A stretch of DNA of 32,000 nt, from NCBI GenBank assembly GCA_038046385.1, contig JBBSWH010000005.1, positions 468 through 32,467 of the forward strand. Reading direction: 5' to 3'. The position numbers and the translations under genes were made by a program. This document shows positions 1 through 7,366 of this stretch, piece after piece. The notes beneath the pieces were generated by a model. The model worked only from the letters and a program-made list of their open reading frames with translations, had not been told where the DNA came from and did no database searches. Numbering within the stretch: position 1 is the stretch's first letter; every line of letters starts with the position of its first letter. This stretch comes from Nanobdellota archaeon (GTDB lineage: Archaea; Nanobdellota; Nanobdellia; Woesearchaeales; GW2011-AR4).

Positions 1-2087
1 GCGCGCAGCAGTATGTTGTCCCAGACAGCATCCCAGTTTCCCGCCCACTCTTTTACATTGCCTGCAATTGCCTTAAGGATTTCAGAATCTCCATTAAGAA
101 GTTCGTCTGTAGGCAGCAATTCATCTTTTTTAGAGTCATATTTCATCAGGTCAACAAAACCTTTTTCCAGAATAGGATCATTTTCCCACTGCTTCCTGAC
201 TTCGGTTATTTGCGTTATTCTTCTCCATCTGTGAAGCCCGTCTGCGCTTTTTACCGGATTTGTGACAACAATAATGTCTGTTGCCTTGAAACTCGTTTTA
301 GGAACCTGCAGGTCATTGACAACTCTGTCATAAACACCATAAGGAGAGTCACCGTGTATTGTTCCTGCAACTACATTTGCCAATGCGCCAACTCTCATCG
401 CTTCATACAATGCAAGCGCTTCCTTGCTTCTTATTTCTCCGATTATCAAAGCAGAATCTCCCATTCTCAATGTTGTTCTTATTCCTTCATCTGCAGGCAC
501 TTCAGAAGATCCTTTTGATAATGCAGCTGCAACTTTCATCGGCTGGATGTTGTAGCCCAATTTTCTAAGTGAACTTGTCGGAAGTTCAAGAGTATCCTCT
601 ATTGTAATAACCCTGTATTTTCTCATTAATTCTACAAGAAATGACCCAAGAAGGCTTGTTTTTCCTGCGCTTCTTGTTCCTGCAACAAGCAATGATCTTG
701 AACCATCTATAAGGAAACTGATCAACCCAGCCCCCAATGGACTTATCATCTTGTTTTTCATAAACAAAGGAAGTGTCCATGGCTTGTCCCTGTGTCTTCT
801 AAATGAATATGCAAGACCATCAGGATTCAATGGGGGTGCAACAACTGCTATTCTTGCATTTGCTCCAGGCAAAAATAATTCTGTATCTAGTATTGGATTT
901 GCTTCGTCAAGCGGCCTTCCTGAAATCAGCCTTAATTTTGAAGCCCATGATTCGGATTCTGGCGCTGTAGGGATTATGTTTGTTTTGCAGTCTGCGTAAT
1001 CCTGATGGACTATAAATATCGGGGTTTCTCCCATTGGAGAATTTATGGATATATCCTGTATCTTTTCGTCCTGCAGAAGCACTTCTATTAATCCAAAGCC
1101 CACAGTGTACCTTACAAGAATTTTTGTCATCTCATCCACTTCATCTGAAGAAAGCTTGATGTTCCTGTAGCTCACAAGCTCTTCTATCAAATCCAAGCCA
1201 ATATTATAAAACACCTGGCGCATTCTTTCAGGGTCGATGAACTCCTGCCTTGTAGGCTTGTGCTCTGCCATTATTTTTCTTGCAGTGTCCAGAATTTCAT
1301 ATTTCTCCTCGCTTAATTTGAATTCCGGAGGATCCAGATGGTAAAGATATTGGACATTGTCCTGCAATTCAAATATTGTGACTTCTGTGTTCTTGCCAAT
1401 TTCGTAATTATCTACTTCCTCTGCGTCGGCAGGGAAAGTCGACATCAATTTTGTGAAAATAAAATCCGGCCTTATGTCCGGGGTTAAGATGCGCCTGTAA
1501 ACAGAACGGTCTCCGATTCTGTAGCCTGAAAGGTACTTTCTGGAATTTTCAATAATCTTTGTCTTGTCCAAAAGCGCCGAAAGGTACTGGAGTATTGCAA
1601 GATATTTTTGCGCTGACCTTACATAATCGTCGTCAAGCGACCTTTCAATTTTTATTCTCTCTTCCCTCGATACCCTTCTAAGCTCAACATAGGCGCCTAT
1701 AGGATCGCGCTTCAATAAATCTGCAGTGATGTTCTGTATTGTAGAATACCACTGCGGAGACCATCTAGAATATCTCGGATCGTTCATCAGCGTCGTATAT
1801 CCAAGAATATCTTTTCTTTTTGTCAGCTGGGAATATATTCTTGCTATCTCCTGTATCATTGACGTCTGAGAATAGTCATATTCGTAGTTTCTTTTCTGCA
1901 TGTAAATTATTTTTGTCACAATGCCGGCTTCTGAAAGAATGTCCACTGTTCTTGACATGCATACAGGATCATCTTCAAGAGAGGGGATATGCTGATACTG
2001 CTCCATATCTACCGATAGTATTGTTTCTTCCCCTTCCTTTATGACTTCATAAGTAAAGGGTTTTTTGGACTCTCCGAACAGAACCAT
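1..2087 (-). CDS. type II/IV secretion-system family ATPase (archaeal FlaI/PilB/VirB11-like); 3' end runs off the window
   Basis: Absent from the supplied ORF track because it is open at the window edge. My reverse-strand translation from the ATG at 2087 appears stop-free to position 1 (about 695 codons, read by eye; only the 641-720 segment was re-checked codon by codon) and begins MVLFGESKKPFTYEV. Walker A is LLVAGTRSAGKTSLLGS (about 650-700). Asp-box is RVITIEDTLELP. Walker B region is ALIIGEIRSKEALALYEAMRVG, followed by AGTIHGDSP. The plus-strand ORFs listed over 13-2044 are short shadows of this gene. Confidence 0.85.
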   Translation of the reverse strand, partial: MVLFGESKKPFTYEVIKEGEETILSVDMEQYQHIPSLEDDPVCMSRTVDILSEAGIVTKIIYMQKRNYEYDYSQTSMIQEIARIYSQLTKRKDILGYTTLMNDPRYSRWSPQWYSTIQNITADLLKRDPIGAYVELRRVSREERIKIERSLDDDYVRSAQKYLAILQYLSALLDKTKIIENSRKYLSGYRIGDRSVYRRILTPDIRPDFIFTKLMSTFPADAEEVDNYEIGKNTEVTIFELQDNVQYLYHLDPPEFKLSEEKYEILDTARKIMAEHKPTRQEFIDPERMRQVFYNIGLDLIEELVSYRNIKLSSDEVDEMTKILVRYTVGFGLIEVLLQDEKIQDISINSPMGETPIFIVHQDYADCKTNIIPTAPESESWASKLRLISGRPLDEANPILDTELFLPGANARIAVVAPPLNPDGLAYSFRRHRDKPWTLPLFMKNKMISPLGAGLISFLIDGSRSLLVAGTRSAGKTSLLGSFLVELMRKYRVITIEDTLELPTSSLRKLGYNIQPMKVAAALSKGSSEVPADEGIRTTLRMGDSALIIGEIRSKEALALYEAMRVGALANVVAGTIHGDSPYGVYDRVVNDLQVPKTSFKATDIIVVTNPVKSADGLHRWRRITQITEVRKQWENDPILEKGFVDLMKYDSKKDELLPTDELLNGDSEILKAIAGNVKEWAGNWDAVWDNILLR

Positions 2088-2230
2088 TATTTTTTGCCCC
2101 CTTTCTTCAGATTATGCAGCGCAATTTCTATGAGATGTGACTTATTCCTGTATTTTTCACGATTAAGAACTTCCTTGCCTATCCATTCAATCAATTCTTC
2201 ATCGATTGTCGCGCTTATTGGCTTTTTCAT
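2087..2230 (-). CDS. small ribbon-helix-helix (CopG/Arc-like) protein, 47 aa
   Basis: Below the ORF-track size cutoff. ATG at 2230, and the TAA stop overlaps the ATPase ATG (ATAATG at 2090-2085). Product is MKKPISATIDEELIEWIGKEVLNREKYRNKSHLIEIALHNLKKGGKK, which fits a beta-strand, helix, helix RHH pattern. Confidence 0.55.
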   Translation of the reverse strand: MKKPISATIDEELIEWIGKEVLNREKYRNKSHLIEIALHNLKKGGKK

Positions 2231-2319
2231 AAATCAATTATATTATAAAATGTATTTTATATGATTTTATGTAGTTTATATTAGATTATAATATATTGCC
2301 TATTTAAAGATTGCGGTTG

Positions 2320-2535
2320 GGCGTTATTGAAAAGTCCTCAGCTTTGAGCTTCGGGTTGCCATCGCTCAGCTTGAACCTTATTGTTGGATTGCATTTTTCT
2401 CTCTGGAATGTCAAAAATCAATGATTTTTGAGCATACGCAAATCCTAGGGATTTGCTTTACCCCGAAAAATGCCCAATTCACTATTTTGATAAGCTTCGC
2501 ATGTTGATGGCAACCTTCAACTTTTCAATAACGCC
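2320..2535. repeat. nested long-range inverted repeat; candidate structured ncRNA or MITE-like element (function unknown)
   Basis: Perfect 16-bp pairing 2320-2335/2520-2535 (GGCGTTATTGAAAAGT / ACTTTTCAATAACGCC). Perfect 10-bp pairing 2354-2363/2506-2515. 5-bp pairing 2368-2372/2492-2496. 12 bp with a 3-nt bulge at 2384-2398/2466-2477. Two internal hairpins at 2411-2431 and 2438-2456. GC-richer than its flanks. Confidence 0.5.
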
Positions 2536-2548
2536 TGAGGTTGGAAAG

Positions 2549-2558
2549 TTTTATATAA
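2549..2558 (+). promoter_or_regulatory. archaeal TATA-box-like element (TTTTATATAA) for the 2577 operon
   Basis: Centred about 24 nt upstream of the ATG at 2577, which suggests a leaderless or near-leaderless transcript. Confidence 0.4.
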
Positions 2559-2576
2559 GCGCTTTAGTTATCATAA

Positions 2577-3365
2577 ATGATGAAACTTAAATGGAGCTTT
2601 AAGAATCTTGAATTCTTTGAAAGCTTAAGGATTGCAAAAGCGAATATTGGAAAATCCGGCTTGATGCTGCTTTTTGATGTTTCTTTCTTTGCTTCATTCT
2701 ATTATATCATACCGCTGCTGTTCGAGTACATTGCCTCAAAAATAACCCCTTCACAGACGCAAACATTCTTGTTTTTGGTGCTGCTTATGTCAGTTGGATA
2801 TTTACTTCTGATGACACTTGTCTATTCTTTTTTCAAATATTCCCTGCTTGAGATAGTAAAGTCGCTGTTTCAGAAGAAATCTTTTTCATTTGCGAGATTA
2901 TGGAATTTTTGCCTGATGAACATAATTATAATACTGCCTACATTCCTAATTTTCAACGCAGTATTGGGCGGAGTAAAAGAAGCTTACAGGCCCTATGCAT
3001 TTGTTTTGCTAGGAATTCCTGTTTCATTGCTTCTTTACGCAGCCATAAACATTTCCCATTCTTTGTTTTATGAGGGGGCTTCATTGAAGAAATCACTGAA
3101 AGCCGGGTTTAATGTTACATTCAGCAAAATACATATTTACAAAGAACAGATCGGCGCATTTGCATTGGCAGGAATTTCACTATGGGCGCTATTTTTAATT
3201 TTTGGATTTGCTTTAAGGAGCTTCACATCTCAAAATTATACTTTGTACCTTAGTGCATATTCTTATCTTACGAATGCAGAGTATATCATCTCATATCTTG
3301 TATTTTATTTTGTAATTTTTGTTAACAGAATTTCATTTTACAGAATACTGAGGGAGATGAAATGA
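2577..3365 (+). CDS. multi-pass membrane protein, unknown function
   Basis: 262-aa ORF with about 6-7 hydrophobic segments and no motif I recognise. Its stop lies 1 nt before the lgt ATG, so it is likely co-transcribed. Confidence 0.6.
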   Translation: MMKLKWSFKNLEFFESLRIAKANIGKSGLMLLFDVSFFASFYYIIPLLFEYIASKITPSQTQTFLFLVLLMSVGYLLLMTLVYSFFKYSLLEIVKSLFQKKSFSFARLWNFCLMNIIIILPTFLIFNAVLGGVKEAYRPYAFVLLGIPVSLLLYAAINISHSLFYEGASLKKSLKAGFNVTFSKIHIYKEQIGAFALAGISLWALFLIFGFALRSFTSQNYTLYLSAYSYLTNAEYIISYLVFYFVIFVNRISFYRILREMK

Positions 3366-3366
3366 G

Positions 3367-4158
3367 ATGTTCTACCACAACATAGACCCGGTTTTGCTCG
3401 GAATCGGAATTTTTCAGATTAGATACTATGGGCTTTTTTATGCAGCAGGATTCCTTATGCTATATTATCTTATGCCTTATCTTGCAAAGATTAAAGGGAT
3501 TAAGTTTACAAAAGATGACGCTGCTGATTTTCTGGTTTATGCGATAATTGGGGTAGTTGCCGGGGCAAGAGCAGGATATATCCTGTTTTATAATCTGCCA
3601 TTTTATTTACAGAATCCGCTCGATATACTTGCTGTCTGGAACGGCGGCCTGAGCTTCCACGGAGGGATTATCGGATTAGCTGTATCCACTTGGATTTTTT
3701 GCAGGGAAAAAAAAATAAATTTCTTTGACCTTGCAGACATAATTGTTGTGCCTGCTGCCCTTGCGCTTGCTCTTGGAAGAATGGGAAATTTCATGAACGC
3801 CGAGCTTTTTGGAAGAATAACCGATGTTTCATGGTGCATTGACTACTCAAAAAATGTTTTTGTGCAGGGATTGCCTGAAGGATGCAGGCACCCGTCTCAG
3901 ATTTATGCTTCTCTGAAGAACCTCGTTATATTCGGCGTTTTGTGGCGCATTAAAGACAGAAAACTGCCTTCCGGCTTTATGTTCTGGACTTTTGTTGCTT
4001 TATACGGGCTTCTTAGGACATTTATTGAGTTTTTCAGGCAGCCGGACGAGCAGGTTGGTTTTATTTTCCAATATTTCACAATGGGGCAGCTGCTTAGCTT
4101 TCCGCTTTTCCTTATAGGGATTTACATGCTTTATAGGTTAAAAAATAAATTCCAATGA
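3367..4158 (+). CDS. lgt: prolipoprotein diacylglyceryl transferase (Lgt), canonical signature
   Basis: N-terminal IRYYGLFYAAGF, LSFHGGIIG (the HGG motif) and GRMGNFMNAELFGR. The last matches the Lgt signature G-R-x-G-N-F-x-N-x-E-x-x-G. 263 aa, polytopic. Confidence 0.85.
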   Translation: MFYHNIDPVLLGIGIFQIRYYGLFYAAGFLMLYYLMPYLAKIKGIKFTKDDAADFLVYAIIGVVAGARAGYILFYNLPFYLQNPLDILAVWNGGLSFHGGIIGLAVSTWIFCREKKINFFDLADIIVVPAALALALGRMGNFMNAELFGRITDVSWCIDYSKNVFVQGLPEGCRHPSQIYASLKNLVIFGVLWRIKDRKLPSGFMFWTFVALYGLLRTFIEFFRQPDEQVGFIFQYFTMGQLLSFPLFLIGIYMLYRLKNKFQ

Positions 4159-4709
4159 AATTTTTAGGTGGCTTAAAACTAGATGCAGTAAAATATTCTT
4201 TAATTATTGTACTGAAAAGCCCCTTGCATATTTTCATTACTTTATTTGGGGGATTTATTATGATATCCTTTTCGATTTTGATTATGAACGCATCCTTGAT
4301 TCTAGACGGCATGTCTCCTGCATACACTATATTTGATAGAATTACTTTGGCTTTCAATCTTCTTGGCGGGCTTTTCACAAATAATTCTTTGCTTGGCGCA
4401 ATGCTTTTGATAACTGCATCATTGCTTTCAGGCCTGAATTTAGCATTGCTTTTCATCAAAATAAGGAATATAAAAAATGTCAGCTACAAGGAAAGCGGGT
4501 TAAGCTCCAGCGGCACGATTGCAAGCATAATGGCTTCTGGCTGCACATCCTGCGGAATAAGCATTTTATCAATTATTGGATTTGCAGGCATTCTGGCATT
4601 TTTGCCTTTCAATGGCTTGGAACTCGGATTCGCAGGAATTTTGCTGCTGCTGTTCTCTATTTATTGGAATTCAAAGAAATTTAAAAACTACAAAACCTGT
4701 AATGTTTAA
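4155..4709 (+). CDS. 4-TM membrane protein with intramembrane CxxC (GCTSCG), uncharacterised; paralog of 15726-16172
   Basis: ATGA start/stop overlap with lgt. Hydrophobic profile. The motif SSSGTIASIMASGCTSCGISILSIIGFAGILAFLPFNGLE aligns by eye with the 15726 product. Confidence 0.7.
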   Translation: MKFLGGLKLDAVKYSLIIVLKSPLHIFITLFGGFIMISFSILIMNASLILDGMSPAYTIFDRITLAFNLLGGLFTNNSLLGAMLLITASLLSGLNLALLFIKIRNIKNVSYKESGLSSSGTIASIMASGCTSCGISILSIIGFAGILAFLPFNGLELGFAGILLLLFSIYWNSKKFKNYKTCNV

Positions 4710-4713
4710 AGAT

Positions 4714-5490
4714 ATGGCCAAAAACAAAAAAAGAGCTGCTAGTGGATGGAGAAAATTAAAAATAAACGCATTTGCGATAACACTTTTTGTGATTATTATT
4801 TTGTCACTCTATATTTATTTTCTGAATGGACCATATATAAAAATGAATGGTAACTCTACAACAGAAAATCTGGAGCTTAAATCCAAGACAGACAGAAATG
4901 AAAATGCATTAATTGATGATGATGCCATCATGGGAAATGCTGATGCCCCTATAGCCATTATTGAGTTTGGCGACTTCATGTGCAAATTTTGCGGAGAATT
5001 GCACCGAGAAATTGAGCCAATCTGGAGGAAAGAATATATAGAGACAGGAAAGGCCAAGTATGTATTCAGAGATTTCGTATCAAGCGACCATCCTCAGGCA
5101 TACCCGGCTGCCGAGGCAAGCGAATGCGCAAATTTGCAGGGAAAGAAATGGCAGATGTATGACTTATTGTTTGACAATGCATATACTGGCGACAGCTGGG
5201 CAGGGATTAAAGACAGGGAAGCTCTTCTTAATATCTTCAAAAAATATGGAGAAAAAATAGGGCTGAACATGGAGCAATTCAGCCCATGCTTGTCAAATAA
5301 TTTCTTTGCCAATGAGATTAATAATGACATATTTGCCGGAGTAAGCACTGGAGTTTCAGGCACTCCGACCATTTTTATAGGCAATGACCAAACAGGATTT
5401 GCCAAAATTTTAGGATCTCAGCCTTATTCCGTCTACAAGCAGATTATAGATGAAAAATTAAACTGGAATTTGAGCAAAAGCAAAAAGTAA
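4714..5490 (+). CDS. membrane-anchored DsbA-like thiol:disulfide oxidoreductase
   Basis: MAKNKKRAASGWRKLK plus a TM anchor, then IAIIEFGDFMCKFCGELH (CxxC) and a late GTPTIF (cis-Pro loop). An alternative in-frame ATG lies at 4702. The track start at 4576 lies inside the previous gene. Confidence 0.8.
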   Translation: MAKNKKRAASGWRKLKINAFAITLFVIIILSLYIYFLNGPYIKMNGNSTTENLELKSKTDRNENALIDDDAIMGNADAPIAIIEFGDFMCKFCGELHREIEPIWRKEYIETGKAKYVFRDFVSSDHPQAYPAAEASECANLQGKKWQMYDLLFDNAYTGDSWAGIKDREALLNIFKKYGEKIGLNMEQFSPCLSNNFFANEINNDIFAGVSTGVSGTPTIFIGNDQTGFAKILGSQPYSVYKQIIDEKLNWNLSKSKK

Positions 5491-5575
5491 GATAGTTTAG
5501 GGTTAAAATGCATTCAAAACTGCCAAGAAAGTTTCCGAATACAGATTAAGAATATTCTTTCTTGTTGCTAAATGA

Positions 5576-5854
5576 TTATTCGTTTAATCCAAAAGAGCTG
5601 GTAAATTCTGCAATCATCTGGTATTTGCTAAGGTAATCAAATCCTTTCTGAGTCAGAGAGTATGTTTTGCTTTTATTGATTTTATTTTCAACTATAAACT
5701 CTTTTTGTATCAGTTCATTCATATATTCTAATAACATCTTGTTAGAAAGATTTGACTTGTAAAGAATATTAGTCGGCTTTATTTTTCCGTTCTTCTCTTT
5801 AATAACACTTAGGATGTCGAAGATTATCTGCAGCCTTTCTCTTTTTTTGCTCAT
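5576..5854 (-). CDS. small winged-helix DNA-binding protein (archaeal HTH_45-like)
   Basis: 92 aa. IIFDILSVIKEKNGKIKPTNILYKSNLSNKMLLEYMNELIQKEFIVE...YSLTQKGFDYL fits the wHTH pattern. ATGA overlap with the upstream membrane gene. Confidence 0.6.
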   Translation of the reverse strand: MSKKRERLQIIFDILSVIKEKNGKIKPTNILYKSNLSNKMLLEYMNELIQKEFIVENKINKSKTYSLTQKGFDYLSKYQMIAEFTSSFGLNE

Positions 5855-6513
5855 TGTCTTCTTGTTACGGCAATTAAGTTTATCAATATCAACGAGTAAG
5901 CAACAAGCTCAAGAATGTGACCAGCTACATAAAATGCCCCATGATCTATCGAAAATATAAAGTGAATTTTTCCAAAAAGCAAAAACAAAAATGCAATAAA
6001 AACTACGAGAGAATTGGTTTTCCGGTTCTTAAGGTAATTTCTTAGGTAGTAAAATGATATATAAATCAATAGCATTGACGAGATTACATAAAAAAAGTAC
6101 AGCTTATTGGAGCTTAAAAGCAAAACCAGCATAACTGCAGTTAACATCACTCCATACATTTTTGCATCTTTTCTCCTTAGCGTCATATAAACAATTGTAA
6201 CAAGCCCGGCAAGAAATAAAATCATATGCGCATAAACGCCAAGGATATTGAAGCCACGCGCCGCTGCCATTGTCTGCATGCTGCACCCGTCTGACATAGA
6301 ATAGCTTGCAGCGAAGTTCAAAAATGACTGGATGAAATAAGATGATGAAACCATCAAAAAAGAAAATCCAAACAATTTTGATTGCTTCTGGCCTGATAAG
6401 TTATAAATGTGGATAGCATAGGCCCCTACAAGAAGAGTTACTACAAAGAATATCATTTCAAGAAAAGAATTGTAGCCATAAAACCAGTAAGGCACTATAG
6501 GATAGTTCATCAT
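5851..6513 (-). CDS. about 7-TM membrane protein, unknown function
   Basis: The track start at 6519 is a TTG. The first ATG (MMNYPIV) is at 6513. Strongly hydrophobic and translationally coupled to the wHTH gene. Confidence 0.55.
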   Translation of the reverse strand: MMNYPIVPYWFYGYNSFLEMIFFVVTLLVGAYAIHIYNLSGQKQSKLFGFSFLMVSSSYFIQSFLNFAASYSMSDGCSMQTMAAARGFNILGVYAHMILFLAGLVTIVYMTLRRKDAKMYGVMLTAVMLVLLLSSNKLYFFYVISSMLLIYISFYYLRNYLKNRKTNSLVVFIAFLFLLFGKIHFIFSIDHGAFYVAGHILELVAYSLILINLIAVTRRQ

Positions 6514-6685
6514 AACCAAATTTCATTGTTGCCCTTTTTAAGCTTTACGAAGGACAACTCCTTATTTTTCCTTAATAACGCATTAATAAACGTCCCTATA
6601 TATTTCAACTGCATGATACTGAAAGCACACTGCATAATAACGCACATGAAAACAAAAGCACAGCAAAAATCAGGAGGACAATAAG

Positions 6686-6961
6686 ATGAACAATGAATCG
6701 TATGGATGGGCACTTGTCATAATTATACTGCTCCTTGTGTCGGGCGGCATGATGATGGGCCGCGGCTATATGGGAATTGGAATGGGCTTTGGATTTGTGC
6801 TTATGGCACTTTTTTGGCTGGCTGTTATCTGGCTGATTTTTGGGCTTGCATCCAGCAAATCTGACAAAAAAAAGCCCATAGAAATACTAGAGGAAAGGTA
6901 TGTTAAAGGAGAAATCCAAAAAAAGCAGTTTGAGCAGATGAAAAAGAAAATTCAAAGGTAA
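6686..6961 (+). CDS. SHOCT-domain membrane protein
   Basis: AGGAGG lies 9 nt upstream of the ATG. Two TM segments, then a C-terminal EILEERYVKGEIQKKQFEQMKKKI typical of the SHOCT short C-terminal domain. Confidence 0.65.
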   Translation: MNNESYGWALVIIILLLVSGGMMMGRGYMGIGMGFGFVLMALFWLAVIWLIFGLASSKSDKKKPIEILEERYVKGEIQKKQFEQMKKKIQR

Positions 6962-6965
6962 AACG

Positions 6966-7175
6966 ATGAATCACCCGCCAAAAACGAAAGATGGATTTTT
7001 TCATAATCTAAAACATAGCCATTTTTTCATGATTCTGTTGTGCATCGTCCCAGTAATAATGCTACTTGCTAGAAGCTCCTATCTTGGATGGAGGAGCAGC
7101 AATCTGCTCGTATTTGCATTATTTTTTGCATGCATGCTAAGCCACACGCTCATGATGAAAAATCATAATCACTAG
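6966..7175 (+). CDS. DUF2933-like small membrane protein with a His/Met-rich C-terminus
   Basis: 69 aa, two TM segments, CMLSHTLMMKNHNH tail. This resembles small proteins commonly found next to metal P-type ATPases. Confidence 0.5.
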   Translation: MNHPPKTKDGFFHNLKHSHFFMILLCIVPVIMLLARSSYLGWRSSNLLVFALFFACMLSHTLMMKNHNH

Positions 7176-7206
7176 GATAAATGTAAAAATGGCCGGAGGT
7201 GAAAAT

Positions 7207-7239
7207 ATGGGAAAAGGAAAAACAAAAGGGTGCTGTTAG
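7207..7239 (+). CDS. possible 10-codon mini-ORF MGKGKTKGCC
   Basis: GGAGGTG (7195-7201) lies 5 nt before the ATG at 7207. An in-frame upstream ATG at 7189 would give MAGGENMGKGKTKGCC. Very short, so coding status is unproven. Confidence 0.2.
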   Translation: MGKGKTKGCC

Positions 7240-7366
7240 AATATATCGGTTTTTATTTTTTGAAGATATTTGGATAGGTTAAGATAAAAAATTTGCACTT
7301 ATGCCACTACGGCTGCTTGCAGATTAACGCTGCAGCAAAAACAGTCAAGATACTAAAGGTATTAAA

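Noticed and set aside
13-2044. Five plus-strand ORFs of 69-102 aa in the supplied track (13-234, 210-518, 359-568, 751-999, 1820-2044), plus the minus-strand ORF at 586-780.
   Set aside because: All lie inside, or out of frame with, the long uninterrupted minus-strand ATPase reading frame (1-2087). That frame carries clear Walker motifs. The listed products are low-complexity shadow sequences.
2326-2345. GAAAAGTCC inside the 2320-2535 element, which resembles the RNase P RNA CR-I/P4 sequence GAGGAAAGUCC.
   Set aside because: The string is fully base-paired within the 16-bp outer stem. No matching P4 3' strand or other conserved RNase P regions are present, and the element is short for RNase P RNA. 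I also found no SRP RNA helix-8 motifs.
4576-4713. N-terminal extension of the DsbA-like ORF as listed in the track (start 4576).
   Set aside because: It overlaps the last 134 nt of the preceding membrane gene in another frame. The sequence from the ATG at 4714 (or 4702) gives a normal basic N-terminus plus TM anchor. The same logic applies to several other track starts: 11247 (GTG), 16154, 20014, 12836, 29337, 28429 and 6519 (TTG).
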